NCBI GenBank assembly: GCA_002269645.1
Contig: NIVC01000215.1
Span: 1-64,000 of the forward strand
Source: Macrostomum lignano
Lineage: Eukaryota
Reading direction: 5' to 3'
Length of the DNA: 64,000 nucleotides
Shown: piece by piece, positions 63,300-64,000 of the stretch
Layout: every line of letters begins with the position of its first letter
How positions within the stretch are numbered: the first letter of the stretch is position 1
Position numbers and translations under genes: made by a program
The notes under the pieces: generated by a model
Told to the model about the DNA's origin: nothing
The model's input: the letters and a program-made list of their open reading frames with translations, nothing else
Databases searched by the model: none

Positions 63300-63545
63300 A
63301 TAGTCAAGTTGGTTCGCGGGGGGCGGGCAAATCAGCTCAGCGTAAAACGCGCCATGATCCCTGGTTCGATTCCCACATTTATTTGGGGCTTGTGTGCACG
63401 GATATTGGGCTGGGGAGGGGGTTTGTCGTGCGGTTCACAGCCATGAGGGCCAGCCCCCAAGGCACAGAGTGCACATGCCTGACGATTAGAAAGTCAGGGC
63501 CGCTGTACACCCCGTGTGAGCGGTGTATGAGTGCATGCCCGCGTC
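63300..63545 (+). mobile_element. Second tRNA-headed SINE family, copy in RME-8 intron
   Basis: Box A/B-like head (TAGTCAAGTTGG ... GGTTCGATTCC). Its body CCCCCAAGGCAC...AGAAAGTCAGGGCCGCTGTACACC is shared with 22955-23175 and the reverse complement of 56925-57120. Confidence 0.65.
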
Positions 63546-63557
63546 CTTATTTAATTT

Positions 63558-63868
63558 CTAGGGTTGCAGCCTAGTGGTTAGAGAGTCGGACTCCCGACTG
63601 GAAGGTCGGGGGTTCGATTCTCGACCCACTCGGAACAGTTTGTGTCCTTGAGCAAGACACTTAACTCTGCATTGCTTCAGTTCACCCAGCTGTAAAATGA
63701 GTGCCAGCATCAGCTGGGGTAATTGAGGCTGTGTGTGGCGATCCCCCAGTCCTTGGACTGAACAGCCGTACGCAGCCTTCAGATGCGCCGCGCCATAGCT
63801 GCGGCTGAGCTGTCGGTTGCACATCTCGGGCCATTAGGGCAGGTGAAATCAATTATTATTATTATTAT
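63558..63868 (+). mobile_element. tRNA-derived CORE-like SINE, copy 2 (RME-8 intron)
   Basis: TAGTGGTTAGAG (box A) and GGTTCGATTC (box B). TGTGTCCTTGAGCAAGACACTTAAC...CTGTAAAATGAG aligns with the MIR CORE consensus as recalled. (ATT)n tail. Confidence 0.8.
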
Positions 63869-64000
63869 GCCTGCGTACAGCATTTCTCATAATATAGTGG
63901 CTGTACCATTACGCTCTGTCCTATCGTCGGGGACGCACACTCCGTTGAACACCAGGCACTTTCGCACTGTAACTTCGTCTATAAAACCCCCAATTTGCAG

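Noticed and set aside
63300-63630. tRNA genes at 63300, 63560, 18200 and 36520
   Set aside because: Box A/B are present, but there is no pairing acceptor stem and they continue into SINE bodies or satellite.
63885-64000. Possible structured ncRNA near the window end
   Set aside because: I see no match to U1/U2/U4/U6, 5S or SL RNA motifs; it is probably intronic sequence ending at an acceptor.

Overview
Animal genomic DNA with spliceosomal GT-AG introns, GC-rich exons and AT-rich, TE-littered intergenic DNA. The minisatellite-filled introns suggest a macrostomid flatworm such as Macrostomum (inference only). Recognisable genes: TBL1/TBL1XR1 (959-6073 +, 10 exons, three apparent 1-nt deletions), ACTL6/Arp4 (8302-10242 -), MRPL11 (41035-41613 +), ADAM10/kuzbanian-like (42941-50903 +) and the 5' exons of DNAJC13/RME-8 (61682 to window end, +). 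Two unannotated-looking genes are the best leads. One is a ~1,220-aa, three-exon, low-complexity protein with an embedded class I SAM-methyltransferase-like domain and a coding heptad repeat (15433-20534 -). The other is a 144-aa, two-exon secreted six-cysteine protein resembling a divergent IL-17/cystine-knot cytokine (56711-57441 -). The 20.6-40.9 kb region is a transposon graveyard: a complete Merlin element with 8-bp TSD and an intron-containing transposase, two copies of a TTAA/ATAA-flanked non-autonomous element (one nested in Merlin), a deleted Gypsy LTR element, a mariner relic, MITE-like hairpins and a 3-kb satellite. Repeat copies there show strong C>T/G>A erosion and TAGGCCTA enrichment. 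Most long introns of the host genes carry their own minisatellite. All exon models and alignments were made by eye; no database searches were run.
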